DNA of 63,572 nucleotides, counting the filler, from Aduncisulcus paluster (taxonomy: Eukaryota): the NCBI GenBank assembly GCA_024181965.1. It is 11 parts of 11 records of this genome, joined end to end, with 100 filler letters (N's around TTAATTAATTAA, not from the genome) between each part and the next. Parts side by side here need not be neighbours in the genome. Positions count along the whole stretch, not along the records: positions 1 to 14,582 come from BQXS01011920.1; 10 more parts are not named here. One strand, written 5' to 3'. Position numbers and translations under genes: made by a program. Position 1 is the stretch's first letter. The number at the start of each line of letters is the position of its first letter. Positions 1 through 11,901 of this stretch are shown here, in pieces. A model generated the notes under the pieces. That model ran no database searches, had not been told where the DNA came from, and saw only the letters and a program-made list of their open reading frames with translations.

Positions 1-3000
1 CTTCCGTTTCATGTGATGGATTTCAGATGGATGGTTTGTGGACGAAGAAGGGAGAAGAAACGGAGGCAAGAAAAGAGGAGAGTTGAAGGAAAAGGAAAGG
101 AGGAGAATGCTTCCACGAAGACTTGTAACAGAGCACATTCCATCGCTCCAGGGGGGGACACGTCTTGCATGTTGGCATGCTTCAAAACTCTCGTAAATTG
201 AAGGAAAGACCAGAGTTCCATCAGAGTTGTGGATTTCATGAGATGACTGTTGTCTGAGTGAATAATCAGAATTACAAACTGAACGAATGAACCACTGGAG
301 AGGGTGGGAGAAGGCCATTTCCTCAGCTGGACTCGTGCATGAAGCAGCATAAATCATATCCACACGAACATCCAGAAGGGAAGAGAATATAATCTCACAA
401 TGGTTCCTACTGGCCTGTTGTGACCTTGAAGCAACAAAGGAAGATCGAGTCTTGCTTGGAATTGCTTGGGACATCCCAGATATAGGATTTGAATGTCTCC
501 TTGTTTTCCTATTCCCAATGCTACTACTTCGACTATCTCTACTCTCTCTTGAGGCTGAGGATACTCCTGATTCTGACCCGAATATGTCAGAGTGTGCCTC
601 CGAAGCATGTTCAAGGGGCATTCCTTGAAGATGGATGCTCATTGGGGGAGGAGAGAGTGAAGGAGTGAGGATGACCATGGATGATGGGAAACAGAGAGAC
701 ACAAACATGGATCCACCGTGCAAAGATATAGAAATGGGAGCAATAGAGAAACGCCTATGATACAATTTAAACCTCCACTCGATGTTAAACGCTGAGATAA
801 ACATTTCTATCGTTAAAGGTGTGCAAGATGAACTCCCGATTATCCTCGACGAATCATCAAGATCCTCTTCATCCTTATAAAACTCTGAGGAATGAGTAGT
901 CCCAGTTTGCCGGAATTTAGAATTCCCCGTCATTGTTATCGATGGTTCAAGACCAGGCGTGGACATTCCCCCAGCTTGAAGGATCGATGGACGATGAGAT
1001 GTTCCCCTATCTTCAAATGGAGTGCCAGTAGTAGAAGGCAGAAAAACACTCTGAGCTGACGATGTGGCATCAGCCATGAGAAACATGCTTTGAGAAGCTA
1101 TTCTACCACGCATTGCTCGCTTCTTTTGTTGCTCGATGAGTTTCCTCTCTCGCTCCATCTCTCGTCTTATCCATTCCTCTTCTTCCCGTCTATCCTGCTC
1201 TTCCTCGTCCCATTCCTGTAAGTTCCCATCCTGAACATCTCGAGCCTCCTCATAGCCTCGATCTGAGTGGCTCCAATACTGTGACTTGGAGCTGGGAGAA
1301 GAGTAGGAAGCAGTAGGGAAGGAAGGAGAAGAAGGGAGAGTTGAGGAAGAGATAGGAGAAGAAGGGAGAGATTCAGAGGAAGGAATAGCTAGCTTGGTAT
1401 GGATTGAGCCAGGTTTTTGGCCTATATATCTATCATCATGCCTATGTGAGTCGAAAGAAGAGGAGTGCATCCTTGACCTATCTTCTTCCCCTATCCTCTT
1501 CCATGTCCCTGTCACAGTGGATAGTGGACCAGAGAGTCCGTAATCATCGAATTTACGATCATCCCATTTCTCTTCTCCATCTGTCCGAATGTCCATCATC
1601 AAACATGAAAGCTGTTTACGACGATCTTTCTTCTTCGCAATTCTATCGAGCTGTTTCCCAAGCTGACGACCAACTCTTTCCCGTTCATCATGGAGCTCTG
1701 CTTCCTCTCTCTTTATCCTTTTTTCTATACCAAGACACACGATAACATTCCCATCCCGACATCCACAAATACCTATGCCACGAGAAACACAACCACAAAC
1801 GGAAGGAGAAGAGAGGGTGAAAAGTCTGAGAAACAGGGGTAAAACAGTCGGGGAGAATAAAAGAGGTGGGGAGAAAGTAGATGGGAGATGTAGAGCAGAA
1901 AATGACCCAGAAGAAAATGGGGCAGTTGATGAAGCTCCAGAAGAAGTGTGTCGGCCAGAACCGGAAGAAGAGTGGTCAGAGCCGGCTGAACTACTTGAAT
2001 GTGCCGATTTTCTTGACCCAGGAGAGTGATAATGGTGTCCATCGGCTGTGGGTGGAGATGTAGAGTGTGAGGCTGATGTTGTTGTTGAGAATGGAAGCCC
2101 ACTCTTGTATCTGTCAATGACTGGACTCATAAGGTCGGCAAGAATGATTGAAAAAAGACAGACAACAGAAGAAGAACATGAAAACCCAGGAGAAGATGGA
2201 AGAATAGAGTTGCATAGGGAATCATTGACATCTTTCCGACTACCTTGACCATATTTGTCCTTTTTGGAGTGTCTTGATGGAGTTTTTGATGATGATTCAC
2301 CCCTTTTATCAAGAAATGAGGAGTTAACTGATAAAGGCACGACCAAACAAAGAGAATTTAGGGCAGCACAACACTCAGCAACCACATGGGCATTAGAATG
2401 CAATGGAAAACAAGTCAAAACTCCACTATCATTTCCTCCATCAATATCACTAACACACCCACCTATCCAAACCTCTGTTCCATAAGTTCCCTTTTTGTCC
2501 CTAAGAACAGAGATGTGCTCATCTCCCTGGGCATCTGTTGAAACAGTAAGAATTGCGATAATACTTGATACGCTCTCAGTGAACGCTGTCACACGTTTCT
2601 CTAACGCAGTGGTTCCATCATTGAATGTTGAATAGAATGAGGATAAAAGAAATTGGGAGAGCGAAGAGGAAGTATCAATACCCATATAAACCCCATTAAT
2701 ATTAAGGGAATCCTCACTCACAGTTCCACCCATGAATTGTCGCGATTTCGTTGTTTGAATGTGAGAACGAATGATAGACACAAAGGAGATATAACTAACA
2801 TAACAAACACTTGGAGAATGCCGCAGTTCAGGGCCAATATGATCTCTAATTTCCGTAGACATCCGAGTAAATGGAATGGGAAATGGATAAAACGTGGCAA
2901 TACAACCCATTGTCTCATTTTCCCCATATAATAAAACGGTTAAGGGGAGATTTGATTTGACAATATTTGTAGGGGTAAACAAAAGAGATATTAAAACAGA

Positions 3001-3420
3001 TTTATATGGAGATAGCGATTTGTCTCCAGTTTTTGATGGGAAAACATAATGAATTTCAACTTCTTCCTCCTCGCTGATACTGAGGATCATGTAGGCATTT
3101 AATGGAACAATTTTTGAATATAATACATCATCAGGCAGCTTTATCCGGAAAAGAATGGATATATTCTGACTATATTCATGGGATTCGCCATGAAAGAGAC
3201 TATCAAAACCCAGCGAATCGATAGATTTTTGAATATTTTGTCTACTAGAATTATATAATGTGATTATACCATTGCGTGTGCATGTGGCAAGAACATTTCC
3301 ATTCTCTAAAATGTGAGTTGAAATGATATTTTTGTTTGCAGCGCTTCGAACAGCTACTTCTTCAACATGATCCGTTGAAGGTTTTGCATAACCTAATGAT
3401 ACATTTAATTTTGGTTTCAT
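1..3420 (-). CDS. Large hypothetical protein (>=1140 aa), 3'-truncated by the window edge; WD40-like N-terminus, then Ser/acidic low-complexity regions
   Basis: Absent from the ORF track because it has no stop in the window. Hand translation from ATG 3420 gives MKPKLNVSLGYAKPSTDHVEEVAVRSAANKNIISTHILENGNVLATCTRNGIITLYN, and every line spot-checked down to position 1 is stop-free in this frame. 'NVLATCTRNGIITLYN' resembles a WD40 strand. Confidence 0.7.
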   Translation of the reverse strand, partial: MKPKLNVSLGYAKPSTDHVEEVAVRSAANKNIISTHILENGNVLATCTRNGIITLYNSSRQNIQKSIDSLGFDSLFHGESHEYSQNISILFRIKLPDDVLYSKIVPLNAYMILSISEEEEVEIHYVFPSKTGDKSLSPYKSVLISLLFTPTNIVKSNLPLTVLLYGENETMGCIATFYPFPIPFTRMSTEIRDHIGPELRHSPSVCYVSYISFVSIIRSHIQTTKSRQFMGGTVSEDSLNINGVYMGIDTSSSLSQFLLSSFYSTFNDGTTALEKRVTAFTESVSSIIAILTVSTDAQGDEHISVLRDKKGTYGTEVWIGGCVSDIDGGNDSGVLTCFPLHSNAHVVAECCAALNSLCLVVPLSVNSSFLDKRGESSSKTPSRHSKKDKYGQGSRKDVNDSLCNSILPSSPGFSCSSSVVCLFSIILADLMSPVIDRYKSGLPFSTTTSASHSTSPPTADGHHYHSPGSRKSAHSSSSAGSDHSSSGSGRHTSSGASSTAPFSSGSFSALHLPSTFSPPLLFSPTVLPLFLRLFTLSSPSVCGCVSRGIGICGCRDGNVIVCLGIEKRIKREEAELHDERERVGRQLGKQLDRIAKKKDRRKQLSCLMMDIRTDGEEKWDDRKFDDYGLSGPLSTVTGTWKRIGEEDRSRMHSSSFDSHRHDDRYIGQKPGSIHTKLAIPSSESLPSSPISSSTLPSSPSFPTASYSSPSSKSQYWSHSDRGYEEARDVQDGNLQEWDEEEQDRREEEEWIRREMERERKLIEQQKKRAMRGRIASQSMFLMADATSSAQSVFLPSTTGTPFEDRGTSHRPSILQAGGMSTPGLEPSITMTGNSKFRQTGTTHSSEFYKDEEDLDDSSRIIGSSSCTPLTIEMFISAFNIEWRFKLYHRRFSIAPISISLHGGSMFVSLCFPSSMVILTPSLSPPPMSIHLQGMPLEHASEAHSDIFGSESGVSSASRESRDSRSSSIGNRKTRRHSNPISGMSQAIPSKTRSSFVASRSQQASRNHCEIIFSSLLDVRVDMIYAASCTSPAEEMAFSHPLQWFIRSVCNSDYSLRQQSSHEIHNSDGTLVFPSIYESFEACQHARRVPPWSDGMCSVTSLRGSILLLSFSFNSPLFLPPFLLPSSSTNHPSEIHHMKRK

Positions 3421-3607
3421 TATTATATCATAAGCGTATTTGAAGGCAAAAACAGAGAAAATAAAATCCAGCGGAAAAAGAACATTTTATTGAACCCAAT
3501 ATGCATTATTATCTTATTTATCACATTGATATTAACGAATCAAATAAAAGATAGAAAAAAATAAGGCTAGAAAACATAATACATATATTGTAAGGTATTT
3601 ACTATGT

Positions 3608-4236
3608 TTAGAAGGGGAGGAAACGCTTCTTCTCAGCAGAAGTCACGGAATCAACCTTAAGGACGTTGAAACGGACAGTCTTGGAGAGAGGACGGCATTG
3701 ACCAACAGTGACGATATCACCTTCCTTAACACGGAAGCAAGGAGAAACATGGGCGGAAATCTTCTTGTGACGCTTCTCGTAACGCTTGTATTTAGGAACG
3801 TAGTGAAGGTAATCCTTACGGATGATGATGGTACGGGTCATCTTGGTAGAGGTAACAACACCACGGAAGATACGGCCACGAATGGAAACATCACCAGTGA
3901 AAGGACACTTCTTGTCAATGTAATCGCCTTCAATAGCAGCCTGGGGGGTTTTGAAACCAAGACCAACCTTACGGGTGAAACGCTCACCACCCTGTTTGAA
4001 CTTGAGACTAGTGGCACGCTCACGACCAAGGAAGACGTTGCTCTGCTTCTGGAAAGCTCTCTCAGTCTAAAATATTAGTAAAAAATGATGAATAAAAATA
4101 ATGAATAAGGATTATTTCGAAGATTAACAGATATTTCAACAAAAAGGGGGTAATTATTGAAAATGGAATAAGTTATGAGGAAATAAATGGATATAAAACA
4201 AAATTATTATAATAATGAACTTACTTGTTCGCTCAT
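3608..4236 (-). CDS. RPS11: 40S ribosomal protein S11 (uS17); exons 4225-4236 and 3608-4066, about 156 aa
   Basis: [12 protein letters not shown]...GLGFKTP, then [26 protein letters not shown]...[17 protein letters not shown]. Removing intron 4067-4224 (GTAAGT...TACTAATATTTTAG) joins the exons in frame. Confidence 0.97.
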
Positions 4237-4572
4237 CTCGGCTCAATTGAATATTTTATGGCAATTCTCGAGTTTCCAAAAATAGATACACTCTCTCAAC
4301 AAAAACAAAATCACCTTAACAAAGCTAAACGGATTAAAAATTCCCCATAAAATCATGAAAAGATTAAATCTAGTATCATTGAGATATATCTCTTTATTCT
4401 AGTTCACTTCAATTGAACACAACACTCATTACAGATACTCCGCTATTGTATAATGATCTCGAATGTATAATAAATATTAGAATTATTATTGCATTATGAG
4501 ACCCCATCCAATTCGATTTCCTTTTGAATATCAAATGAGATAACAAAGTACACTGTTTTTGATATTTGGACA

Positions 4573-6320
4573 ATGAAGGCGGAAACTCAAAGAAAACAAA
4601 TTGATGATTACTCCAGAAAATACATATATGTAACTCCTAAAACCTCTGGATTAGGCCTATCATCCCTGAAATTCTCCCATAAAGAAACTTTAGCTTCTAT
4701 CATTCAATCCATGATACATACACTCAATTTCGAGTTGTTTAAAATTAATCCAACTTTACCAAGGTTTACTATAAGAGATTTTAACATTTTATATTTCTTA
4801 TCTAATGTAGCTCCTGAAATGTCTCCTGTCTACTTTAATTCAGAACATCCTCATATATGTCATTGCTTAGACAATATTGAAAGGGTCAGAATTGTTAGTG
4901 TCTTAATGTATGAACTTCCTCATTTGCTAATTGCTTCTGCAAAAGGTGATAAGAGTGTGGGAGGCTTTGAGTTTCAACTTGACGACGTTAAATCTGGATT
5001 GGCATCATTTAAATCATTAATGTCGAAAATCAAAAGCTCATTGGATACGTTAGCATCTTTGCCCGCCTCCCATAGCTATTCCTACCGAAGAAATGTAAAA
5101 TATCTTCATAGAGCAATGTTGTTTGGTGATGTTGTTATCAAATGTTTCGAAAAATGCGATAAAACGCTTAATTTATCGCCTCCAGTGCTACGTTCAGTCA
5201 TTAATGATTATGTTTCTCAGGCGAAACAAAGAGGAAAAGAATTGGTTGCTTTGTCCAAAAAAAGAATGGAAACAACCGATGTGAAACCGATTATCGATTC
5301 TCCTTCCACCCAGAGTTGTGTTGAATATTCTGAATCTCTTGCTATTGTTCATGAAGCCCTTCTCGATGACTATGTTATAGGAATCTATTGGCAAGAAGAT
5401 CACCCCAAGCCTCCAAAGCATAAAGAAGAGGAAGAAGAAGAAGAGGAGGAGGAGGATGAGGAAGAAGAAGAAGAAGAAGAAGAGAGTGAAAAAAAGTCAG
5501 ATGTTACCGTAAAAACTAACAATAACAAACAGGAGGATGTAAAGAAAGCTGACATCAAGGAACCTATAACGGAAGACGAAATTGAAGAAGAGGAAGAGGA
5601 AGAAGAGGNNNNNNNNNNNNNNNNNNNNAGGCGAAACAAAGAGGAAAAGAATTGGTTGCTTTGTCCAAAAAAAGAATGGAAACAACCGATGTGAAACCGA
5701 TTATCGATTCTCCTTCCACCCAGAGTTGTGTTGAATATTCTGAATCTCTTGCTATTGTTCATGAAGCCCTTCTCGATGACTATGTTATAGGAATCTATTG
5801 GCAAGAAGATCACCCCAAGCCTCCAAAGCATAAAGAAGAGGAAGAAGAAGAAGAGGAGGAGGAGGATGAGGAAGAAGAAGAAGAAGAAGAGAGTGAAAAA
5901 AAGTCAGATGTTACCGTAAAAACTAACAATAACAAACAGGAGGATGTAAAGAAAGCTGACATCAAGGAACCTATAACGGAAGACGAAATTGAAGAAGAGG
6001 AAGAGGAAGAAGAGGAAGAAGAGGAAGGCCCCTGTTTACATCAGCCAATTGAGGATGTTCTCAAGGCCTATCAGAATGGGATTAAACAACGCACTCAAGT
6101 TCTTTGTAGCAATGAGTTCTCTCAGTTCTACGATTTTTCGAAGCTGAGATGCAAGAGGTTTGACATTGAGTCAGAAAGCATGAAAGCCAAAGGAGTCCAC
6201 TTGGACACAGAACTGTGGGATGAATATCACGTGGAATTGATTGGCAAAGAGCAGTATGATGAGTTGTACAAAAAGTACCAGAGTTCTAATCCTTCCATTA
6301 AGGAAGAGGAGGAGAAGTAA
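4573..6320 (+). CDS. Hypothetical protein with poly-Glu tracts (about 445 aa after removing the assembly duplication)
   Basis: ORFs 4573-5694 and 5652-6320 are one gene split by a 20-N gap. Segment 5219-5608 is repeated at 5629-6015, and collapsing it gives a 1338-nt ORF. Confidence 0.75.
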
Positions 6321-7077
6321 CACACACAGCTTTTGATTGTCATTAAATCTGTTTTGAGTGAAATGTCTGAGGATCTTTATCTTAAGTTTTATCCTGTCAG
6401 ATCAGATAAAACTCTATCACAATTATTCTATGAGATATATATTGTATTTGATGAGATACAGAATATTCTGAATATTGAGATAGTGCTATTATCTATATAT
6501 ATAAGATATGAATCTACTGAGGTTTGTTTCACCGGACAATTAGAGGGTACAATCTCTCTCTCTTCTTCTCTTCTTCTTGTTAAAATGTTCAATATTTATT
6601 AATGCAAAAAGCTAGGAAATATATTAGAGTAATTAAACAAGGGCTTTTCAAGCCAAATGATACAAAGAGATTCATTGATTATCAAGAGAATGGATCAACA
6701 AGAACAAGGGAAGGAGACCTAATACTTTTGATTTGCCAATCATAATAAAATATAGATATAAAAGGAAATATATTTAATTTTGATTGAATGAATCAAAAGA
6801 AACCAACTAAAACGATAAAAGGTGAGAAAAAAAATTAAGAAATAAAAAAACTTTAAAATTGTCACTTCCCAAAAATACTTTTACACCGATTCAGATCCGG
6901 AAAAGATCATACAAAACATAATCTTTGCAATAAAATACAACACAACAACCAATGGAAAATAAAGATAAAAAAAAGAAGGAAACTCAAATCTTAGATTAAA
7001 TATATTTATCCAGAGAAAAAAAATATGAATAAATCCTATATCCAAGAAGAGAGAGATTTAGATTTGTGGAATTGTTT

Positions 7078-10000
7078 TTAACCAAAGTGAACACTCATGA
7101 GGTCAATCTCGTTCTGCATCATAAGAATTCTTTCTTGAGTGGCTGCGTGCAATCTCTTCATCTCCTTCACGAAGCCTTCTCTTTCGGAGGCTGCCTTTAG
7201 AGTCAGTTCATCCACCTTACCATTCCACCTCTTTCTTTCCCTGTCTATCTTCTCCTCAAGCTCTCTCTTTTCCTTCATAGAGTCGTCCAACTCCGAACGA
7301 AGTCTGGACATTTCCTCTTCTAGACGAGCCATCTCGACATCTTTCCCTTGTAGGGCCTCAACAAGTTGTTTGCGAACAAGACCCACCGATTTCAACACCC
7401 CTTCACGTTCAGATGTAGTGGCAATAGCCTTTTTCTCCTCGATCTCTTGTAATCTCTGCAACATATCCATCATTCTCTTCGATTCCTCCTCGCTCCGAGA
7501 AGCCATTGTCTTGTTTTCCTCAGTGAGGATTGCACACCTCCGGCGCAGAGAACGAGTCTCTTCCTTGACATCAGATTCTTTTTCTCCTTGTTCTTGTTGG
7601 ATCTGTTCAAGCTGTCTGGCATGATCATCATGCAGCTTTTCTAATTCTTCAGTGTTTTTACGCTGTTGTTCGAGGATAGTTTGTCTCAAGTGAGTGTTAT
7701 CCTTCTCCATTCGCTCACACACAGTAGCCAACTCCTCACGAAGCTCAACAACCTCGTCTGCAAGCTCACGAATCTTATCAATATGTGCTCCTTCGTCGGC
7801 TTCCATTTGTTTCTTGAGTTGTAGTTTGACTTCTTCACCCTCAGCGTTGATTCTCTTCACTCGTTCTTCCTTCTGATCGCACACAGTCTTACACTCCTTG
7901 AGAACATCAGTTAGGGAAGCAACCTTAGCCTTCATGCTCTCAATCGAGTGCTCACTGGACTCTCTTTCACGTTCAGTAAGTTGAATGAATTGACAAAGAC
8001 GTTGCTCAACTCTACTGTCAACGGAACCTCTATCTTCTTTGACTTCTTCAAGAAGGGCAGCGAGATTCTCAGCAAACTGAGCATGCTTGGAAACTTGGGC
8101 ATCAAGTTCTTTTTTATATTCTTGTTGTTGAGCAGAGATCTTATCATATATCTGAGATAATTGCATTGTTTTGTTCCTATACTTTTTCTCACTGCTCTTG
8201 AGGACCTTTTTAAGTTCATCTAACTCACTGACACAGGAGGTTAGAGAGGTCGACAGGGTGGTCAGACGATCGTTTGCAAGAGTCACCTTGGCCTGTTCAC
8301 GTTCAACGGCAGTCTTTATCTCTTGCTCATGTAAAGTGGCTGCATCATGATACGCACGCTTGGACTCCTCCAGTTCATTGGTGAGATCCATGATACCCTG
8401 AGAAAGAGAAGCATTGGTGGCACGCAAGGACTCATTGACACGGACGACACAATCAAGAACATTGATGGAGGTTCCCTCGAGAGTGGCTGTTCTAATCGTG
8501 TCAAGGAGGTGGGCAAGAGAGGAAGAAGAAGTGAGAGAACGACGTTGGGTCGAAGATGGTTGTTCAACAACATGGCGCTTATCCTCACCATCATCAACAA
8601 CTCCATCTTCATCAGACGAGATAACTTCGATCCGGTCTTTGTCCTCAACAAGAACATCCTTCACAGAATCCTCAAGAGCAGTGTATCTCCCGCGAATGAT
8701 GGTGAGTTCCTCAGACATTCTTTCTTTCTCAATGGAAGCAGAAGTAAGCCCTTCTTCGGCTCTTGCTAACTTTACACTAAGCGAATCCACCTTTTCGTTG
8801 AGGGAGATAATGTTCTCGCTGTCTTTCCTCTTCCTCTCATCGAATTGTTGAACCATGAGGGTCAGATTTTGTTTGACCTCGAGCAACTCTTTCTCAGCGA
8901 GCTCACACTTCTTCTGGACTCCTCTACGCATTGTCTTCTCATTGTTGAGTTGCAGAGTGAGTGTGGCCACGTCATTGTTAAACGAGGTTAATTCTGAACG
9001 GTGCTTTTCTTTCATATTGTCGATCGTAGAATTATAGGCTATGATAACAGAGTTGAGCTGAGAGGAAATTATTGAGGGGTTAAGGTGAGATGGAAGTATG
9101 ACATCGCTGGAGAGAGGAACAAGAGAGGAAGGTGCCTTAGGTTGATATCCACGACGGTGCTGTTGAGTCTCCTCTTCCTCTTCTTTGATTCTTTTATGCA
9201 ATCCAATGATTGAGTCGAACTCTTTGTTCATCTCTTGGGCTCGCTCAGAGAGAACACCAAGAACAGAATCAAGTTGGGTAATGACACCCCTGTGGCCCTG
9301 CACTTGGGCTTTACGCTGAATAATCGATTTAATCATCATCCTTGAGTCAGTAATCTTTCTTCCTTTGCCCAATCCTTTCCTTTTGCTTCCCTCGGCCTTC
9401 TTATCAACACCTTCTGCCTCATCACAAGAGGAGAAATCGTACTCTTCGCTGTCCATGTCCCACTCTCTCCGTAACTCAGTCTCCAAGAGTTCTTTCATCT
9501 CTCTGACTTTCTCGTGCACACAAGAGAGGGATTCGACTTCATGCTCAAGCTGTTCAACTCGGCTCCAGGCTGCAGAAAGAGATGACGAGAGCATGGAGGA
9601 GGCTGTAGCAGCGGCAGAGTTCATCTGGATAACATCTACAGTGGGAACTTCTCCGGTGATGGAAGTGGGTCTTGATGCACCGAGTTGCTGATCAGAAGGA
9701 ACGGAATCCTCCCCATCCTCACGAACAGTGATAACAGACGCCACTTTCTTAAGTTCAGGATGTCCTCCATCGTGAGAAGATTCTCCACTGATGGAACCAG
9801 ATACTTGCTCTTGTTTCATTCTCAAGAGTTCGGAGAGACATACACCCATACGGCGTTCAACACGGTTGCTTCGTTCGGTGATGGCACGCTCACGAAGCTC
9901 AGCTTGCTTAAGAATTGTCCTTACTTTCTCACGTTCTATTTTTAGTTCATTCTCAAGAAGGGTAACTCTTTCCTTGTTTGCCTCCTCAAGTTCCACCAAA

Positions 10001-11355
10001 GCCGACTGGACTTTCTCAAAGCGTTCCAGATGGTCTTCTTCTCTTGTCGATAATGTTGACAAGAGGAGAGATATATGAGAAGGTATTGATGATTGAGATG
10101 TTGGAGTGAGGGATCCTCCCAAGGAAGGGAAAGACAGAGAAGGACGTAAGGAAGCAGAGGAAGAAAGGGAGTGATGTAACGTCTGTGGAGGAGATGTGGC
10201 TGAACCAGAAATGCCACCAACACTTTGCTTGGAAGACGCATCACCCTCACCTCCACGGACATACTCAAACATATGATGAGGAATGCCGGAAGAAAGGGAA
10301 GGAATGACACTGGGGGCTAACAAAGTCATGGTACCATCAGTGCGTCTGCGACGGGCGTCTTCGGCTTGGAGCTTGGTTAAACGAGTCTTGAGAGACTCAA
10401 CAATGCCCTTGTGTGACTGTAAATCGTTCTCAAGAGACATTTTCTCTTTTTCATATTCTTTTGCTTGATCTTCAATGCGTTTAAGAGCATTTTGAAGTTC
10501 TTTACGGGTTTGTTCAAGCTGTACAGAGTCAGATGAAGAGGGAGCAATAGGGGATGCGATAGCAGACAGTGAACTGCGAGAAAGAGAAGGACTACCAGGG
10601 AAAATGGAAGTAGACATTTTTTCTTGAAGTTGGCATACTTCTTCCTTCGCTCTTCTAAGTTCTTTGATTAATTCAACCCGTTCAGAGGAAGCTTTCTCTT
10701 CACATTCATTCAAGGATATTTCTAGGCGTTTGACTTCCTCCATTAGGCCATCAATGGTTGCCGCGCTCTGTTTTTCACGGTCTTCAAGAGTTCTACGAAG
10801 AGATACAAGGTCGGAAGACAAAGATAACTTTTCACGCTTGAGAGCCGCCTCTTTTGATGAATATTCATGTTTAAGATCACGTAGTTGTTCCTGAAAACTT
10901 TTTCTTTGTTCACGAAGTTCCTTTTCAGCATTCAATGCGGTGGTAGCATGTTTTTCCACCAAAGCGGTAAGGGATTTTCTCTCCTGTTCCCAATTCTTTG
11001 AAGAATTAAATTCAACGCTACTACTAGACCCCGATTTCACAGGAGACTTTGGTGATTCAACCTTTGATACCGAGGATGTTGTCGGAACCCCTCGATCTAG
11101 AGAACGGGGAGTTAATTGAGGGGTGGTTTCCTCAAAATCACGCTCTTTATGAGAATAAATTTGAGATTTTTCAAAATGAGGACTTGAAAATCCAGAAGAA
11201 GCTATCGTAGTCCGATATTTAGATTTTATATCATCAAGTTCAGCCAACAGGGCGGAGGATGGTGAATGGGTCCTTGGAACTTGCTCTAGTGGTGGAGAAG
11301 TGAAAGACATTGCTGGACGTTTCCCAGCATTACTGTCTTGACCGTGTCGATTCAT
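7078..11355 (-). CDS. Long coiled-coil protein (1425 aa), possibly cytoskeletal or basal-body
   Basis: Uninterrupted 4.3-kb ORF with E/K/R/L heptad-rich segments separated by Ser-rich linkers. Confidence 0.85.
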   Translation of the reverse strand: MNRHGQDSNAGKRPAMSFTSPPLEQVPRTHSPSSALLAELDDIKSKYRTTIASSGFSSPHFEKSQIYSHKERDFEETTPQLTPRSLDRGVPTTSSVSKVESPKSPVKSGSSSSVEFNSSKNWEQERKSLTALVEKHATTALNAEKELREQRKSFQEQLRDLKHEYSSKEAALKREKLSLSSDLVSLRRTLEDREKQSAATIDGLMEEVKRLEISLNECEEKASSERVELIKELRRAKEEVCQLQEKMSTSIFPGSPSLSRSSLSAIASPIAPSSSDSVQLEQTRKELQNALKRIEDQAKEYEKEKMSLENDLQSHKGIVESLKTRLTKLQAEDARRRRTDGTMTLLAPSVIPSLSSGIPHHMFEYVRGGEGDASSKQSVGGISGSATSPPQTLHHSLSSSASLRPSLSFPSLGGSLTPTSQSSIPSHISLLLSTLSTREEDHLERFEKVQSALVELEEANKERVTLLENELKIEREKVRTILKQAELRERAITERSNRVERRMGVCLSELLRMKQEQVSGSISGESSHDGGHPELKKVASVITVREDGEDSVPSDQQLGASRPTSITGEVPTVDVIQMNSAAATASSMLSSSLSAAWSRVEQLEHEVESLSCVHEKVREMKELLETELRREWDMDSEEYDFSSCDEAEGVDKKAEGSKRKGLGKGRKITDSRMMIKSIIQRKAQVQGHRGVITQLDSVLGVLSERAQEMNKEFDSIIGLHKRIKEEEEETQQHRRGYQPKAPSSLVPLSSDVILPSHLNPSIISSQLNSVIIAYNSTIDNMKEKHRSELTSFNNDVATLTLQLNNEKTMRRGVQKKCELAEKELLEVKQNLTLMVQQFDERKRKDSENIISLNEKVDSLSVKLARAEEGLTSASIEKERMSEELTIIRGRYTALEDSVKDVLVEDKDRIEVISSDEDGVVDDGEDKRHVVEQPSSTQRRSLTSSSSLAHLLDTIRTATLEGTSINVLDCVVRVNESLRATNASLSQGIMDLTNELEESKRAYHDAATLHEQEIKTAVEREQAKVTLANDRLTTLSTSLTSCVSELDELKKVLKSSEKKYRNKTMQLSQIYDKISAQQQEYKKELDAQVSKHAQFAENLAALLEEVKEDRGSVDSRVEQRLCQFIQLTERERESSEHSIESMKAKVASLTDVLKECKTVCDQKEERVKRINAEGEEVKLQLKKQMEADEGAHIDKIRELADEVVELREELATVCERMEKDNTHLRQTILEQQRKNTEELEKLHDDHARQLEQIQQEQGEKESDVKEETRSLRRRCAILTEENKTMASRSEEESKRMMDMLQRLQEIEEKKAIATTSEREGVLKSVGLVRKQLVEALQGKDVEMARLEEEMSRLRSELDDSMKEKRELEEKIDRERKRWNGKVDELTLKAASEREGFVKEMKRLHAATQERILMMQNEIDLMSVHFG

Positions 11356-11901
11356 TTATATGGTTGAATACAAATAAAACAATCAGATAAAAATGCAATT
11401 ATTCAAATAAATCGATAAAAAACAAAATATTGTTTTTGTTGATATCCCAAAGACTACAAAAAGGGCCTCTATATCGTTTCATCCCTAAAATCATGTCATG
11501 TCATACTCTAATGGCCTTTTTTGCAAATTAATTATTTATATATCTTTTTAAGAATAAATTACCAGGAGATATGGGAATTATCTTCAAAGAAGTCAAAACC
11601 AGTAAATCATACACAATACAGTATATCAATAAGGCATCCACTCAATAAATATATGTTAGATAAATATTTCGATTGTATACTTTGTTTTTTTTAACTATTG
11701 ACTCAGTTAGAATTCCGAGGTTATGAAGCTCAAAATAACGAAATAAAGACATTATTGGGTTTTATTTATTTGTTGATGATATTCGGAAGTTGGATTTTCT
11801 GTCATGATGATAGCTTCTGCCAAGAAGATTTTGTTTAGCTTTTTTTAGTTTTTTAACAGAGAATGATGTTTTGGATCAATATATAAACACAGAACGACAA
11901 A

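Noticed and set aside
7139..10931. Numerous antisense and alternate-frame ORFs over long genes (also over SLC44, FKBP, LRR and ARM genes)
   Set aside because: Shadow ORFs caused by codon bias and GAA/TTC-rich sequence; no motifs.
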